Source: Sandaracinaceae bacterium (GTDB taxonomy: Bacteria > Myxococcota_A > Polyangia > Polyangiales > Sandaracinaceae). From it: DNA of 64,000 nt. Numbering within the stretch: position 1 is the stretch's first letter; every line of letters starts with the position of its first letter. Both the position numbers and the translations under genes were made by a program. Location: positions 96,001 to 160,000 of the forward strand of contig JBGAQA010000002.1 of NCBI GenBank assembly GCA_044220955.1, read 5' to 3'. Under the pieces are notes generated by a model. That model was not told the DNA's origin. It worked only from the letters and a program-made list of their open reading frames with translations, and did not search any database. Positions 27,644-38,180 of this stretch are shown piece after piece.

Positions 27644-28636
27644 ATGGGCGACGGAGATCCGCGCACGAAGATCGGGCCCCCGGGCGCACCTGGCCCGGCC
27701 GCCACCGGCAAGAAGCCGGACTGGCTGCGCGTCCGCCTGCCCGGCGGCGAGCGCTACGAGACGCTGAAGCGCACGGTGCGGACGCTCGACCTGCACACCG
27801 TCTGCGAGGAGGCGCGCTGCCCGAACGCGGGCGAGTGCTGGGGCGAGGGGACCCTCACGATCATGATCCTCGGCGACACGTGCACGCGAGGTTGCCGCTT
27901 CTGCGCCGTGACCACGGGCGATCCGCGCGGCGTGACCGATCCGCGGGAGCCCGAGAACACGGCGCGTGCGCTGGCGGCGCTCGATCTGGCGTACGTCGTG
28001 CTGACGATGGTGGATCGAGACGACCTCGCGGACGGCGGCGCGGCCCACGTGGCGCGCACCGTCGAGCGCATCAAGACGAACGCGCCGAAACTCCTGGTCG
28101 AGACGCTGGTGGGCGACTTCGCGGGTGTCCGCGCCGACGTGGCGACCGTGGTGACGGAGGGCCGGCCCGACGTGTTCGCGCACAACGTCGAGGTGGTACC
28201 AGGGCTGCAGCGCAAGATGCGCGACGTGCGCTGCTCGTGGGAGCGCTCGGTGGACGTGCTGCGCTGGGCGAAGGCCGAGGGCGCCGCCGTCACGAAGAGC
28301 TCGCTCATGGTCGGCTGCGGCGAGTCGGAGGGCGACGTGCGCGAGGCGATGGCGAAGCTGCGCGAGGCCGACGTGGACGTGGTGACGATCGGCCAGTACC
28401 TGCGGCCGAGCCCGAAGCACGCCGAGGTGGTCCGCTACGTGACGCCCGACGAGTTCGAGCAGTACCGGCAGGCAGGCGTCGCGCTCGGCTTCCGCTACGT
28501 CGCGAGCGGCCCGCTCGTGCGCTCGAGCTACCGCGCCGCCGAGGCGTTCATGACGGGGATCCTGCGCGCAGAGCCCGGCGTGCTGCTCGCGGATCGCTAC
28601 GGCAAGAAGACGCACCTGCCGGTCGTCGGTCCGTGA
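27644..28636 (+). CDS. lipA: Lipoyl synthase
   Basis: TVCEEARCPNAGECW, CTRGCRFC, GQYLRPS, VRSSYRA. Confidence 0.97.
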   Translation: MGDGDPRTKIGPPGAPGPAATGKKPDWLRVRLPGGERYETLKRTVRTLDLHTVCEEARCPNAGECWGEGTLTIMILGDTCTRGCRFCAVTTGDPRGVTDPREPENTARALAALDLAYVVLTMVDRDDLADGGAAHVARTVERIKTNAPKLLVETLVGDFAGVRADVATVVTEGRPDVFAHNVEVVPGLQRKMRDVRCSWERSVDVLRWAKAEGAAVTKSSLMVGCGESEGDVREAMAKLREADVDVVTIGQYLRPSPKHAEVVRYVTPDEFEQYRQAGVALGFRYVASGPLVRSSYRAAEAFMTGILRAEPGVLLADRYGKKTHLPVVGP

Positions 28637-29385
28637 TCGTCCGGCAGCCGAGCGCGACGCAAGATCGCGCGCCGATTGCGTCGACGACGGCCGTGGGCGC
28701 GCTGTGTCTCGCGGCTGGGCTCTGGCTCGCGCACGGCGCGATGGGGCATCCGGTGCCGCAGGCGAGCGAGGCCGACGTGCCCGCGTTCGCCGGAGCGCCC
28801 GCCGAGGGCGAGGGCGAGGGCGAGAGCGAGAGCGAGGGCGAGAGCGAGAGCGAGAGCGAGGGCGAAGGCGAGGGCGAGAGCGACGGCGAGAGCGAGAGCG
28901 AGAGCGAGAGCGAGGGCGAGGGCGAGAGCGAGAGCGACGGCGAGGGCGAGGGCGTCGCGGCGCCACCGAGCGTCGCCAGCCCGGTGTCTGCGACCCCGCG
29001 ACCGCCTCCGCCGATCGGCACCGGCGTCGCGGCGCGCGTCCGCCGCGGCCGCGTCGCCTACCTCCGCTGCGACGGCGCGCCCCCGGCGTCCGGCCCGTTC
29101 CCGTGCCCGCGCGATGCGGCCCTCGAGGCCACGGTCTGGGCGGCCGTCGACCAGCTGCTCGCCTGCACTCCGCCGCTGCCCCCCGGCCAGGCCGATCTCG
29201 TCCTGCAGTTCGATCGCGCCGCCAGTCCCGAGCTCACCGTCACGACGCGGGACACGTTCCCCGAGGATGCGATCCGGACCGATGCCGCGGCCGTCGTCAC
29301 CTGCCTCGGGCCCACGCTCGCGGCGAGCACCACCACGGTTCCCGGTGACTTCGTCCGGGTCGGCTTCCGCTTCTCGCTCGACTGA
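28633..29385 (+). CDS. Hypothetical membrane-anchored protein with acidic (E-G/E-S)n spacer
   Basis: GTG overlaps the lipA stop; TM segment, 50-aa acidic tract, Cys-containing C-terminal domain. Confidence 0.65.
   Translation: MIVRQPSATQDRAPIASTTAVGALCLAAGLWLAHGAMGHPVPQASEADVPAFAGAPAEGEGEGESESEGESESESEGEGEGESDGESESESESEGEGESESDGEGEGVAAPPSVASPVSATPRPPPPIGTGVAARVRRGRVAYLRCDGAPPASGPFPCPRDAALEATVWAAVDQLLACTPPLPPGQADLVLQFDRAASPELTVTTRDTFPEDAIRTDAAAVVTCLGPTLAASTTTVPGDFVRVGFRFSLD
28804..28953 (+). repeat. Degenerate hexamer tract (GAGAGC/GAGGGC) x25, in frame
   Basis: Direct reading; GAGAGC is the reverse complement of the unit at 21367-21466. Confidence 0.93.
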
Positions 29386-29391
29386 CCCGCG

Positions 29392-29643
29392 CTAGCGGGC
29401 GACCTCGAGGGCCGTCGGCTCGCCCGAGCGGATCTCCAGGCGGTAGCGGCTGTTCGCGGTCTGGATGTAGTAGATCTCGCGCCCGCAGATCCGCATGACG
29501 CGCTTGACGGGCGTGGTCACGTACTCGTGCAGGCCGTCCGGGAATTCGATGACGAGCACGGCCCCTTTGCGAGGTGGGCGAAGCAGGCGGCCGACCACTG
29601 CGCGGCCAGCCTTGCGCCCCATCTTCCGCAGGACGACGTCCAC
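29392..29643 (-). CDS. Small hypothetical beta-rich protein (about 83 aa)
   Basis: VVGRLLRPPRKGAVLVIEFPDGLHEYVTTPVKRV...YIQTANSRYRLEI; normal GC3 codon pattern; start uncertain. Confidence 0.6.
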   Translation of the reverse strand: MDVVLRKMGRKAGRAVVGRLLRPPRKGAVLVIEFPDGLHEYVTTPVKRVMRICGREIYYIQTANSRYRLEIRSGEPTALEVAR

Positions 29644-29710
29644 GAGACCAAAGTAGCACGAGTCATCTGGCCGGCAAAAGGCCGTGTTAGCTTCCGGGCG
29701 GACGCTTTCC

Positions 29711-30295
29711 ATGCACGTGATGCACGCCGAGATCGGCTGGGTGGAGGTCATCTGCGGCCCCATGTTCAGCGGCAAGAGCGAGGAGCTCATCCGCCGCCTG
29801 AAGCGGGCCGCGATCGCCCGCCAGCCGCTGCAGATCTTCAAGCCGAAGATCGACGACCGGTATCACGAGACGAAGATCGTCTCGCACTCGGAGCACTCGA
29901 TCGAGGCCACCCCGGTCGCGAGCGCCGCCGACGTCGCCCGCCTGGTCGCCCCCGAGACGCGCGTGGTCGGGATCGACGAGGTCCAGTTCTTCGACCCCGA
30001 GATCGTCGGCGTGATCGAGCGGCTGGCCGACGGCGGCGTGCGGGTCATCGCGGCCGGCCTCGACCAGGACTACGCGGCGCGTCCCTTCGACCCGATGCCG
30101 CAGCTGCTCGCGCTGGCCGAGTACGTCACCAAGTCCCTCGCGATCTGCAGCCGCTGCGGCGCCCCCGCCGGCCGCTCCCAGCGGATGGTGGCGACCGAGA
30201 GCCGGGTGCTCGTCGGCGCCGCTGACGCGTACGAGCCTCGCTGCCGACGGTGCCACAGCAAGCACGCCGAGCCGCGAACCGGCAACCTGTTCTGA
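29711..30295 (+). CDS. tdk: Thymidine kinase
   Basis: [39 protein letters not shown]. Confidence 0.97.
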   Translation: MHVMHAEIGWVEVICGPMFSGKSEELIRRLKRAAIARQPLQIFKPKIDDRYHETKIVSHSEHSIEATPVASAADVARLVAPETRVVGIDEVQFFDPEIVGVIERLADGGVRVIAAGLDQDYAARPFDPMPQLLALAEYVTKSLAICSRCGAPAGRSQRMVATESRVLVGAADAYEPRCRRCHSKHAEPRTGNLF

Positions 30296-30407
30296 CCACG
30301 CGGCGCGCCCCTCGTCCGGGCGCGGCGTGCGATCGCTCATGCCGGAGGACTATCGCGCGAGGGCGAGCGTGGCGTTCAATCAGCGTTTCGCTTCGCCGGA
30401 GGTGCCC

Positions 30408-31835
30408 ATGGCTCGCTGGATCGTCGTCTCGATCGCCTGCGCCGTCGTCTCGGTGATGGGCTGCACCACCACTTCGGCGAGGCGCCCCAACGTCGACACG
30501 GGCGTGACCCCCGGTGACGACGCCGGGACGGTCATCCCCGGCACCGACACGGGCCCGATCATCCCGCGCGACATCGGCCCGCCGCGCGACGGCGGCCCGC
30601 TCGACAGCGATTCCGATGGAATCCCGGACGCGGACGAGGCGACGTACGGCACCGACCCCACCAACGCCGACAGCGACGGCGACGGCGTCTCGGACGGCGT
30701 CGAGGTGCTCGCCGGGACCATCCCCACCGACATCACCAGCACCATCCCCCCGACGGACTTCTACGTGGTGCTGCCGTACATGGATCCGGAGCAGCACCGG
30801 AACCTCGACTTCACGGCGCGGCTCGGGCGCGCCGACGTCTACTTCCTCGTCGACACGACCGGCTCGATGGGCGGCGCGATCATGAACGTGAAGAACTCGC
30901 TTCGCGACGTGATCGTCCCGGCGATCAACGGCGCGATCGCGGATGCGGTCATGGGCGTCGGCGACTACCGCGACTATGCCGAGACGCCGGACGAGCCCGC
31001 GACGTACGGCGACCCCGGCGACTGGACGTTCCGGAGCCGTCAGTCGATGACCGCCGACGTGACCGCCGTCGCGGCGGGCCTGATGATGCTCCGCCCCGGC
31101 GGCGGCGGCGACGAGCCGGAGTCGGGCACCGAGGCCCTCTGGCAGGCGGTCTCGGGCCCGTGCGCGGATGGCTCGGGCTTCGGCGCGGCGTGCTTCCGCT
31201 CGATGAGCCACCCGATCATCGTGCTCGTCACCGACGCGCACCTGCACAACGGCCCGGACTCCGCGTACGACTTCCCGAGCTCGTTCGGCCTGCACACGTA
31301 CTCCGAGACGATCGCGGCGATGAACGCGCAGAACGTGAAGGTCATCGGCGCCGCGGTCGGCCTGCTCGGCACGTTCGTGCCCCAGGCGAACCTGAACCAG
31401 ATCGCGATGGACACGGGCTCGCGCGCCTCGGACGGCAGCACCACCGTCTACCGCGCGGGCATGGGCCGCGTGAGCGACACGGTCGTCAACGGCATCGTCG
31501 ACCTCGTCGGCGCGGCGAGGCAGGACGTCTCGGCGCGCAGCATCGACGACACGTCGGTGGACACCGTGGACGCGACGCAGTTCATCACGGCGATCACCCC
31601 CGCCGGCTCGTCGCGGCCCGTGACCAGCATGGACCTGACGACGTTCTACGGCGTGCCAGGCGGCACGACGGTCACGTTCGACGTGACGTTCGTGAACAAC
31701 ACGATCCCGCAGGAAGGGCACCCGCAGCTCTACAAGGCGTTCATCGAGGTCTTCGACGTCGCGTCCGGCACCGCGCTCGACCGCCGGAACGTGTACATCG
31801 TCATCCCGGCCATCGGCGGCAGCGTCGTGATCTGA
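30408..31835 (+). CDS. Lipoprotein with Ca-binding (TSP3-like) repeats and an integrin-beta-like VWA domain, CglD-like
   Basis: SVMGC lipobox; DSDSDGIPDADE and DSDGDGVSDGVE; ADVYFLVDTTGSMG, GGGGDEPESGTEALWQ, LVTDA. Confidence 0.8.
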   Translation: MARWIVVSIACAVVSVMGCTTTSARRPNVDTGVTPGDDAGTVIPGTDTGPIIPRDIGPPRDGGPLDSDSDGIPDADEATYGTDPTNADSDGDGVSDGVEVLAGTIPTDITSTIPPTDFYVVLPYMDPEQHRNLDFTARLGRADVYFLVDTTGSMGGAIMNVKNSLRDVIVPAINGAIADAVMGVGDYRDYAETPDEPATYGDPGDWTFRSRQSMTADVTAVAAGLMMLRPGGGGDEPESGTEALWQAVSGPCADGSGFGAACFRSMSHPIIVLVTDAHLHNGPDSAYDFPSSFGLHTYSETIAAMNAQNVKVIGAAVGLLGTFVPQANLNQIAMDTGSRASDGSTTVYRAGMGRVSDTVVNGIVDLVGAARQDVSARSIDDTSVDTVDATQFITAITPAGSSRPVTSMDLTTFYGVPGGTTVTFDVTFVNNTIPQEGHPQLYKAFIEVFDVASGTALDRRNVYIVIPAIGGSVVI

Positions 31836-32026
31836 CGTTTCGGGGGATCGATCCCATCTCCTGGTGCTCTCCGACTCCCCCTGCCCGCCCGGCGGGGACA
31901 GCAAGCCGAACCGACGACGTCCAGGAAAACAGGACGACGTCGAGATGTGCGTGTCACCCCCTCACCGACTCGGTTCGCCGGCCTCCCGCCTCGGAGCGAG
32001 CGGGTTGGAAGCTCCCGCGGGTCTGT

Positions 32027-32032
32027 TAGAAT
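32027..32032 (+). promoter_or_regulatory. Extended -10 element (TGtTAGAAT) 6 nt before the Flp pilin ATG; probable leaderless promoter
   Basis: ctgtTAGAATcgccgaATG. Confidence 0.6.
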
Positions 32033-32038
32033 CGCCGA

Positions 32039-32209
32039 ATGAGCCACCGCCGACGCCTCCGGGAGCTCCTCGCGGACACGCGAGGTGTCTCGATGACCGA
32101 GTACCTCATCATCGTGTGCCTCGTGGCCATCGTCGGCATCGCCGCGTGGACCAAGTTCGGCAACACGGTCAAGACGCGCATCGGCGGACCTTCGTCGGCG
32201 CGGCCCTAG
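32039..32209 (+). CDS. Flp/Tad (type IVb/c) pilin, 56 aa
   Basis: Below the ORF-track cutoff. [57 protein letters not shown]|xxxxEY prepilin motif, hydrophobic helix and FG, as in Flp pilins. Confidence 0.9.
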   Translation: MSHRRRLRELLADTRGVSMTEYLIIVCLVAIVGIAAWTKFGNTVKTRIGGPSSARP

Positions 32210-32261
32210 TCACGCTGCGGACGTTGCGAGGGGCAGCGCGCGCGGGCACGCTCCGCGCGCC

Positions 32262-33836
32262 ATGAACGAACGCGTCGTCCGACTGGGTGAGCCCTTCACG
32301 CTCGAAGCGCTGGAGTCCGTCGCGCTACGCCAGAGCCGGGTCGTCCTGCCGGACGCCTCGCGCGCGAGGATCGACCGATCGCGCGCGGCCGTCGACGCCC
32401 TGGCCGCCGCCGGTGATCGCGCGCCGAACGTCTACGGAGTGAACACCGGCTTCGGCGCGCTCGCCGAGACGCGGATCGCCGCCGATCGCATCCGCGCGCT
32501 GCAGCGCAACCTCGTCCGGAGCCACGCGTGCGGGGTCGGTCCCCTGCTCGGGCGCGAGGTCGTGCGGGCCATGATGCTCCTGCGCGCGCAGACGATCGCG
32601 CTCGGGTTCTCGGGCGCGCGCAGCGTCATCGTCGAGCGGCTGATCGAGATGCTCGAGCGCGGCGTGCACCCGTGCGTGCCCTGCCAGGGCTCGGTCGGGG
32701 CCTCGGGCGACCTCGCCCCGCTCGCGCACCTCGCGCTCGTGCTGATCGGCGAGGGCGAGGCCGAGCACGAGGGCGCGCACCTCTCGGGGGCCGAAGCGCT
32801 CGCCGCCGCGGGGATCGCGCCGCTCGAGCTCGAGGCCAAGGAAGGGCTGGCGCTCATCAACGGCACGCAGCTCATCCTGGCGATCGGCGCGCTCGCCGTC
32901 CTCCGTGGTGAGCGGCTCTGCACGAACGCCGACGTGACGGGGGCGATGTCGCTCGAGGCGCTGAAGGGCAGCGCGCGGCCCTTCGACCAGCGCATCCACG
33001 ACATCCGCCCCCACCCGGGGCAGACCGCGACCGCCACCAACCTGCGCGCGCTGCTCGCCGACAGCGCGATCGCCGAGTCCCACCGCGACTGCAAGAAGGT
33101 GCAGGACCCCTACTCGCTTCGCTGCATGCCGCAGGTCCACGGCGCGACGCGCGACATCCTGGGATACGCGCGGCAGGTGCTCGAGCGCGAGGTGATCGCC
33201 GCGACCGACAACCCGCTCGTGTTCGCGGCCGAGGACGCGTCACCGGACGGCGGTGGCCACGCGGACTTCGTGAGCGGCGGCAACTTCCACGGACAGCCCC
33301 TCGCGATCGCGCTCGACGCCGCCGCCATCGGGATCGCGGAGCTGGCGAACTGCGCGGAGCGTCGGATCGAGCAGCTCGTGAACCCCGCGATGTCGAGCGG
33401 CCTGCCACCGTTCCTGGCGCCGGACACCGGGCTCGACTCGGGCTTCATGATGGCGCAGGTGACGGCGGCGGCGCTGGTCTCCGAGAACAAGGTGCTCAGC
33501 CACCCCGCGAGCGTCGACTCGATCCCGTCGAGCGCGGGCAAGGAGGATCACGTGTCGATGGGCACGCTCTCGGCCCGCAAGTGCGCACAGATCGCGGAGC
33601 ACGTGCGTACGGTGCTGGCCATCGAGGCGATGGTCGCCGCGCAGGGGCTCGATCACCGCCTTCCGCTCGAGGCCGGCGTCGGCGTCCGCTCCGTGCACCG
33701 CGCGCTGCGCGCCGAGGTCCCGACGCTCGAGGGGGACCGCCCGCTGCACAAGGACATCGCGCGCTGTGCCGCGATGATCGACCGCGGCGTGCTGGTCGAG
33801 GCGGCCTCGCGAGCGATCGGCCGCGCGCTCGCGTGA
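32262..33836 (+). CDS. hutH: Histidine ammonia-lyase
   Basis: [20 protein letters not shown] (SH, HAL type), [12 protein letters not shown] (MIO), [21 protein letters not shown]. Confidence 0.96.
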   Translation: MNERVVRLGEPFTLEALESVALRQSRVVLPDASRARIDRSRAAVDALAAAGDRAPNVYGVNTGFGALAETRIAADRIRALQRNLVRSHACGVGPLLGREVVRAMMLLRAQTIALGFSGARSVIVERLIEMLERGVHPCVPCQGSVGASGDLAPLAHLALVLIGEGEAEHEGAHLSGAEALAAAGIAPLELEAKEGLALINGTQLILAIGALAVLRGERLCTNADVTGAMSLEALKGSARPFDQRIHDIRPHPGQTATATNLRALLADSAIAESHRDCKKVQDPYSLRCMPQVHGATRDILGYARQVLEREVIAATDNPLVFAAEDASPDGGGHADFVSGGNFHGQPLAIALDAAAIGIAELANCAERRIEQLVNPAMSSGLPPFLAPDTGLDSGFMMAQVTAAALVSENKVLSHPASVDSIPSSAGKEDHVSMGTLSARKCAQIAEHVRTVLAIEAMVAAQGLDHRLPLEAGVGVRSVHRALRAEVPTLEGDRPLHKDIARCAAMIDRGVLVEAASRAIGRALA

Positions 33837-33909
33837 TGCGAATCGCGCACCTACCCGCCCGATCGGAGCGAATCCGCGGACTTGGATGGGTGTGGAGTGA
33901 CCCCGCGGA

Positions 33910-34755
33910 TCAGTGCTTGGCGCGGGCGGCGCGCAGGAGCTGATCGGCCGTGCCCACCTGCTCCTCGACGCGGCCGGAGACGCCGACCGAGAGGCTGGGG
34001 ACGACGCGGCCGGCGCTGCGGCACAGGGTGCCGTCGCGCTCACGCTCGCGAATGCGCATGATCACCACGCTCGCCTCGGCTGCGGCCGTCTCGGGCAGCA
34101 CGAGGACCAGCTCGCGATCGCTGGCGCGGAACAGGTGGTCGATGCCGCGGATGCACTGCCGGACGCTCGCCGCGAGCTCCCCGAGTAGATCCTCGACCCG
34201 CATGGGACCGATGGCGTCGATCAGCCCCTCGAAGTTCGAGACCTCGAGCGAGACGCACGAGAGCGGGTGATCGAAGCGCAAGGCGCGCGTCATCTCGTAG
34301 TCGAGCGTGATCGGGAGCTGCACCGGGCTGCCCGCGCGCGAGAGCGGATCGAGGCCCTCCTCGCCCGTCGAGAGTCGCTCGAGCCAGGCGCGGCGCAGCG
34401 TGTTGCGCACTCGCTGGTGGATCTCGAACACCCGGTACGGGCGCGAGAGACAGTCGTCGGCCCCCAGCTCGATCCCGCGCCGGCCGGCGTCCGCGTCGGC
34501 GGACGGGGTGGTCAGGAGCACCGGGATCGACGAGAGCGCGGTGTCGCTCTTGAGCGCCCGCAGCACCTCGAGCCCCTGCTCGCCCTCGAGCGCCACGTCG
34601 ACCAGGACGATGTCAGGGCGCCGGCTCGCGGCTGTGTCGAGCAGCGCCGCCCGCTCCATCACCGTGAGCACGGTGTGGCCTGCGGCCTCGCAGATCTCGC
34701 GCAGGAGCTCGAGGTTGAACGGATCGGACTCGGCGATCAGCACCAGTGCAGGCAT
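33910..34755 (-). CDS. Response-regulator receiver + degenerate GGDEF domain
   Basis: REC (PDIVLVD, LGADDCLSRPY); GGDEF region reads RGIDHLFRASDREL, so RxxD I-site kept and GG(D/E)EF lost. Confidence 0.85.
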   Translation of the reverse strand: MPALVLIAESDPFNLELLREICEAAGHTVLTVMERAALLDTAASRRPDIVLVDVALEGEQGLEVLRALKSDTALSSIPVLLTTPSADADAGRRGIELGADDCLSRPYRVFEIHQRVRNTLRRAWLERLSTGEEGLDPLSRAGSPVQLPITLDYEMTRALRFDHPLSCVSLEVSNFEGLIDAIGPMRVEDLLGELAASVRQCIRGIDHLFRASDRELVLVLPETAAAEASVVIMRIRERERDGTLCRSAGRVVPSLSVGVSGRVEEQVGTADQLLRAARAKH

Positions 34756-34761
34756 TTCCCC

Positions 34762-36099
<1,338 letters not shown>

Positions 36100-36213
36100 T
36101 CGCGAGGGGATCGAGTAGCACGCAGTCCCTGCGGGCGCTCAGGATTTCGTGCGGATCCGCCCGGCGACCGGAGCGCGAGACAGAGCCAGAGATCGTGGCG
36201 GCGGACGCGTTCG

Positions 36214-36786
36214 CTACTGCGAGGAGGCCGAGACGCTCATGATCCGGGCGGCGCGGACCGCGAGCCCGTACGCGTGGGGAGCGCGCGGGTCCGTGCGCGG
36301 ATCGGTCACGCCCCAGGCGTGCATCCGAGCCAGCGCGTCGCGATGCATCTGCAGCGCCGCGTAGAGTCGCTCCGTGCAGCCGCGGGCCGGGACGGGCGTC
36401 ACGGCCGAGCCCTCGTCCGTGCCGAGCGAACGAGCGCACTGCGCGAGCGCCACCTCGGCCGTGCCGAGGGCGTCGGTGACCCGACCCGTCCGCTCGTACG
36501 CACGCGCGAGGCGGTGCTCGACGCCAGGGTCGGTCATCACGTCGGGCTCGGCCGCCGTCAGCGTCGCGACCGCGAACTCGGGACGATCGAGGTCGAGGTA
36601 CGCGTCGGCCAGATCCTGCGCCAGCGCGGCGTTGCCGTGATCGTGAGCGAAGCGATCCTCCAGGACGCGGAGCGAGCGCGTCTGCTCGGCGTGAGGGTCG
36701 AGCGCGGCGCCCGGCTCGGCCCAGCTCAAGGAGCCCCAGACCAGGACGAGGAAGACCAGGATCCCGAGGTTGACCTTGATCTCCAC
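36214..36786 (-). CDS. Secreted or membrane TPR-like hypothetical protein
   Basis: GTG start after a purine-rich RBS; TM LGILVFLVLVW; helical motifs LAQDLADAYLD, HRLARAYE. Confidence 0.7.
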   Translation of the reverse strand: MEIKVNLGILVFLVLVWGSLSWAEPGAALDPHAEQTRSLRVLEDRFAHDHGNAALAQDLADAYLDLDRPEFAVATLTAAEPDVMTDPGVEHRLARAYERTGRVTDALGTAEVALAQCARSLGTDEGSAVTPVPARGCTERLYAALQMHRDALARMHAWGVTDPRTDPRAPHAYGLAVRAARIMSVSASSQ

Positions 36787-36830
36787 TTCCCTCCGCCCTT
36801 CTGGCCTCGCGGCCGCCCCTAATTCGGGTG

Positions 36831-36856
36831 GGACAGCGGCTCGCGCCGCAAGTTCC
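36831..36856 (-). promoter_or_regulatory. Putative ECF (RpoE-type) promoter
   Basis: Minus strand GGAACTT-N15-GTCC, same spacing as the motif at 11084-11109. Confidence 0.45.
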
Positions 36857-36908
36857 CGCCGCTCGTTCGATTCTTCGTACGACCCAGCCTTGGAAAGATC
36901 CCTGACGA

Positions 36909-38180
36909 TCAGAGCCGCATCACGGCGGCGGTGTAGGCATCCGCGCCCGGGTCCGCCCACGGGCCGATCCGGATGATGCCGTCTTCGTCGCAGAGGTCGA
37001 GCCGAACCAGCGCCGCACGCGGCGTCCGGGCGAGAAAGGCCTGGATCACCTCCGCGCCTTCTTCGCGCGTGGGTGAGCAGACCGCATACACCAGACGACC
37101 TCCCGGGCGTACGAGCGACGCGGCGCGATCGAGGATCGCTGCCTGCGTGAGCGCGAGGCGCGCCGGATCGGCCGGCGTGACGCGCAGCATGATCTCGGGC
37201 CGGCGCGCGAGGGTGCCCAGGCCCGTGCAGGGCGCGTCGACGAGCACGCGATCGAAGGACGCGGGCGGCAGGCCGCCGGCGCCCACGGTGAGGTCGGTGG
37301 CGCGTGTCTCGAGCTTGGTGAGGATGCGGAGGCGCGCGAGCTCGGGCCCGATCCGGTCGAGCTTGGCCTCGTGCAGGTCGAGGGCCACGACGCAGCCGGC
37401 CGGTCCCACGGCGCGCGCGAGCACGGCCGCCTTGCCCCCGTGACCGGCGCACACGTCGGCGACGCGCTCGCCGGGCTGCGCGTCGACGAGGGCCGCGAGC
37501 ACCTGCGAGCCTTCCTCCTGCACGCCGAACGCGCCCTCCGCGTAGCCGGGGAGCGCTCGCGGGTCGCCCGCCCCGCGGAGCAAGAGCGCGCGCGGCGACA
37601 CGACGCCCGGGCGCACCTCGGCCTCGGGCCGTGCCTGACGGATGCGCGCGGCGAGCACCTCGCGATCGATCTCGGCGCGCAGCCCGAGCATCGGCGTCCC
37701 GGCGAGCGACGCCTCCATCGCGACCGCGCGATCGCGGCCGACACCACGCGCGACGAGCTCGAAGAGCGGCGGGGGAATCCGCCCGACGAGGACGGGCGGC
37801 TTCTCGGCGACGCGTCGCAGGATCGCGTTGACGAAGCGGCCCAGACCCTCCCCGCGCTCGTCCCGGACGAGGCTCACGGCGGCCGACACGATCGCGTGCG
37901 CTTGCTCGCGGTGTCCGACGAGCTCCATGACGCTCGTCGCGAGCACGGCGCGCGTGAACGGCTCGATCGCCTTCTTCTTCGGCCGGTGCCGGTCGATCTC
38001 GCGCTCGATCGGCAGGAGCGAGCGCGCCGCGCCGTAGACGAGGTCCGTCGCGCGCGCCGCCTCGCGCGGCGAGAGGCCCTCGCGCGTGAGCGCGTGGTCC
38101 AGGGTCGGGGCGATCCACGCGCCCTCGGAGAGCACGCGCGCGAGCACGCGCGCCGCGACCTCGCGACCCGAGGCGCTCAT
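36909..38180 (-). CDS. rsmB: RsmB/NOP family RNA m5C methyltransferase with NusB-like N-terminus
   Basis: VQEEGSQ, DVCAGHGGK, VLVDAPCTGLG, LVYAVCS. Confidence 0.88.
   Translation of the reverse strand: MSASGREVAARVLARVLSEGAWIAPTLDHALTREGLSPREAARATDLVYGAARSLLPIEREIDRHRPKKKAIEPFTRAVLATSVMELVGHREQAHAIVSAAVSLVRDERGEGLGRFVNAILRRVAEKPPVLVGRIPPPLFELVARGVGRDRAVAMEASLAGTPMLGLRAEIDREVLAARIRQARPEAEVRPGVVSPRALLLRGAGDPRALPGYAEGAFGVQEEGSQVLAALVDAQPGERVADVCAGHGGKAAVLARAVGPAGCVVALDLHEAKLDRIGPELARLRILTKLETRATDLTVGAGGLPPASFDRVLVDAPCTGLGTLARRPEIMLRVTPADPARLALTQAAILDRAASLVRPGGRLVYAVCSPTREEGAEVIQAFLARTPRAALVRLDLCDEDGIIRIGPWADPGADAYTAAVMRL

Noticed and set aside
31836..32026. Possible riboswitch or sRNA upstream of the Flp pilin (GACGACGTC twice, weak hairpin)
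   Set aside because: No match to riboswitch consensus I know, and the -10 position implies the region is not in the pilin transcript; a covariance-model search would be needed.
32262..33836. MIO enzyme as a Phe/Tyr ammonia-lyase or aminomutase of a biosynthetic cluster
   Set aside because: Specificity residues (SH) are the histidase type and no NRPS/PKS genes are nearby.
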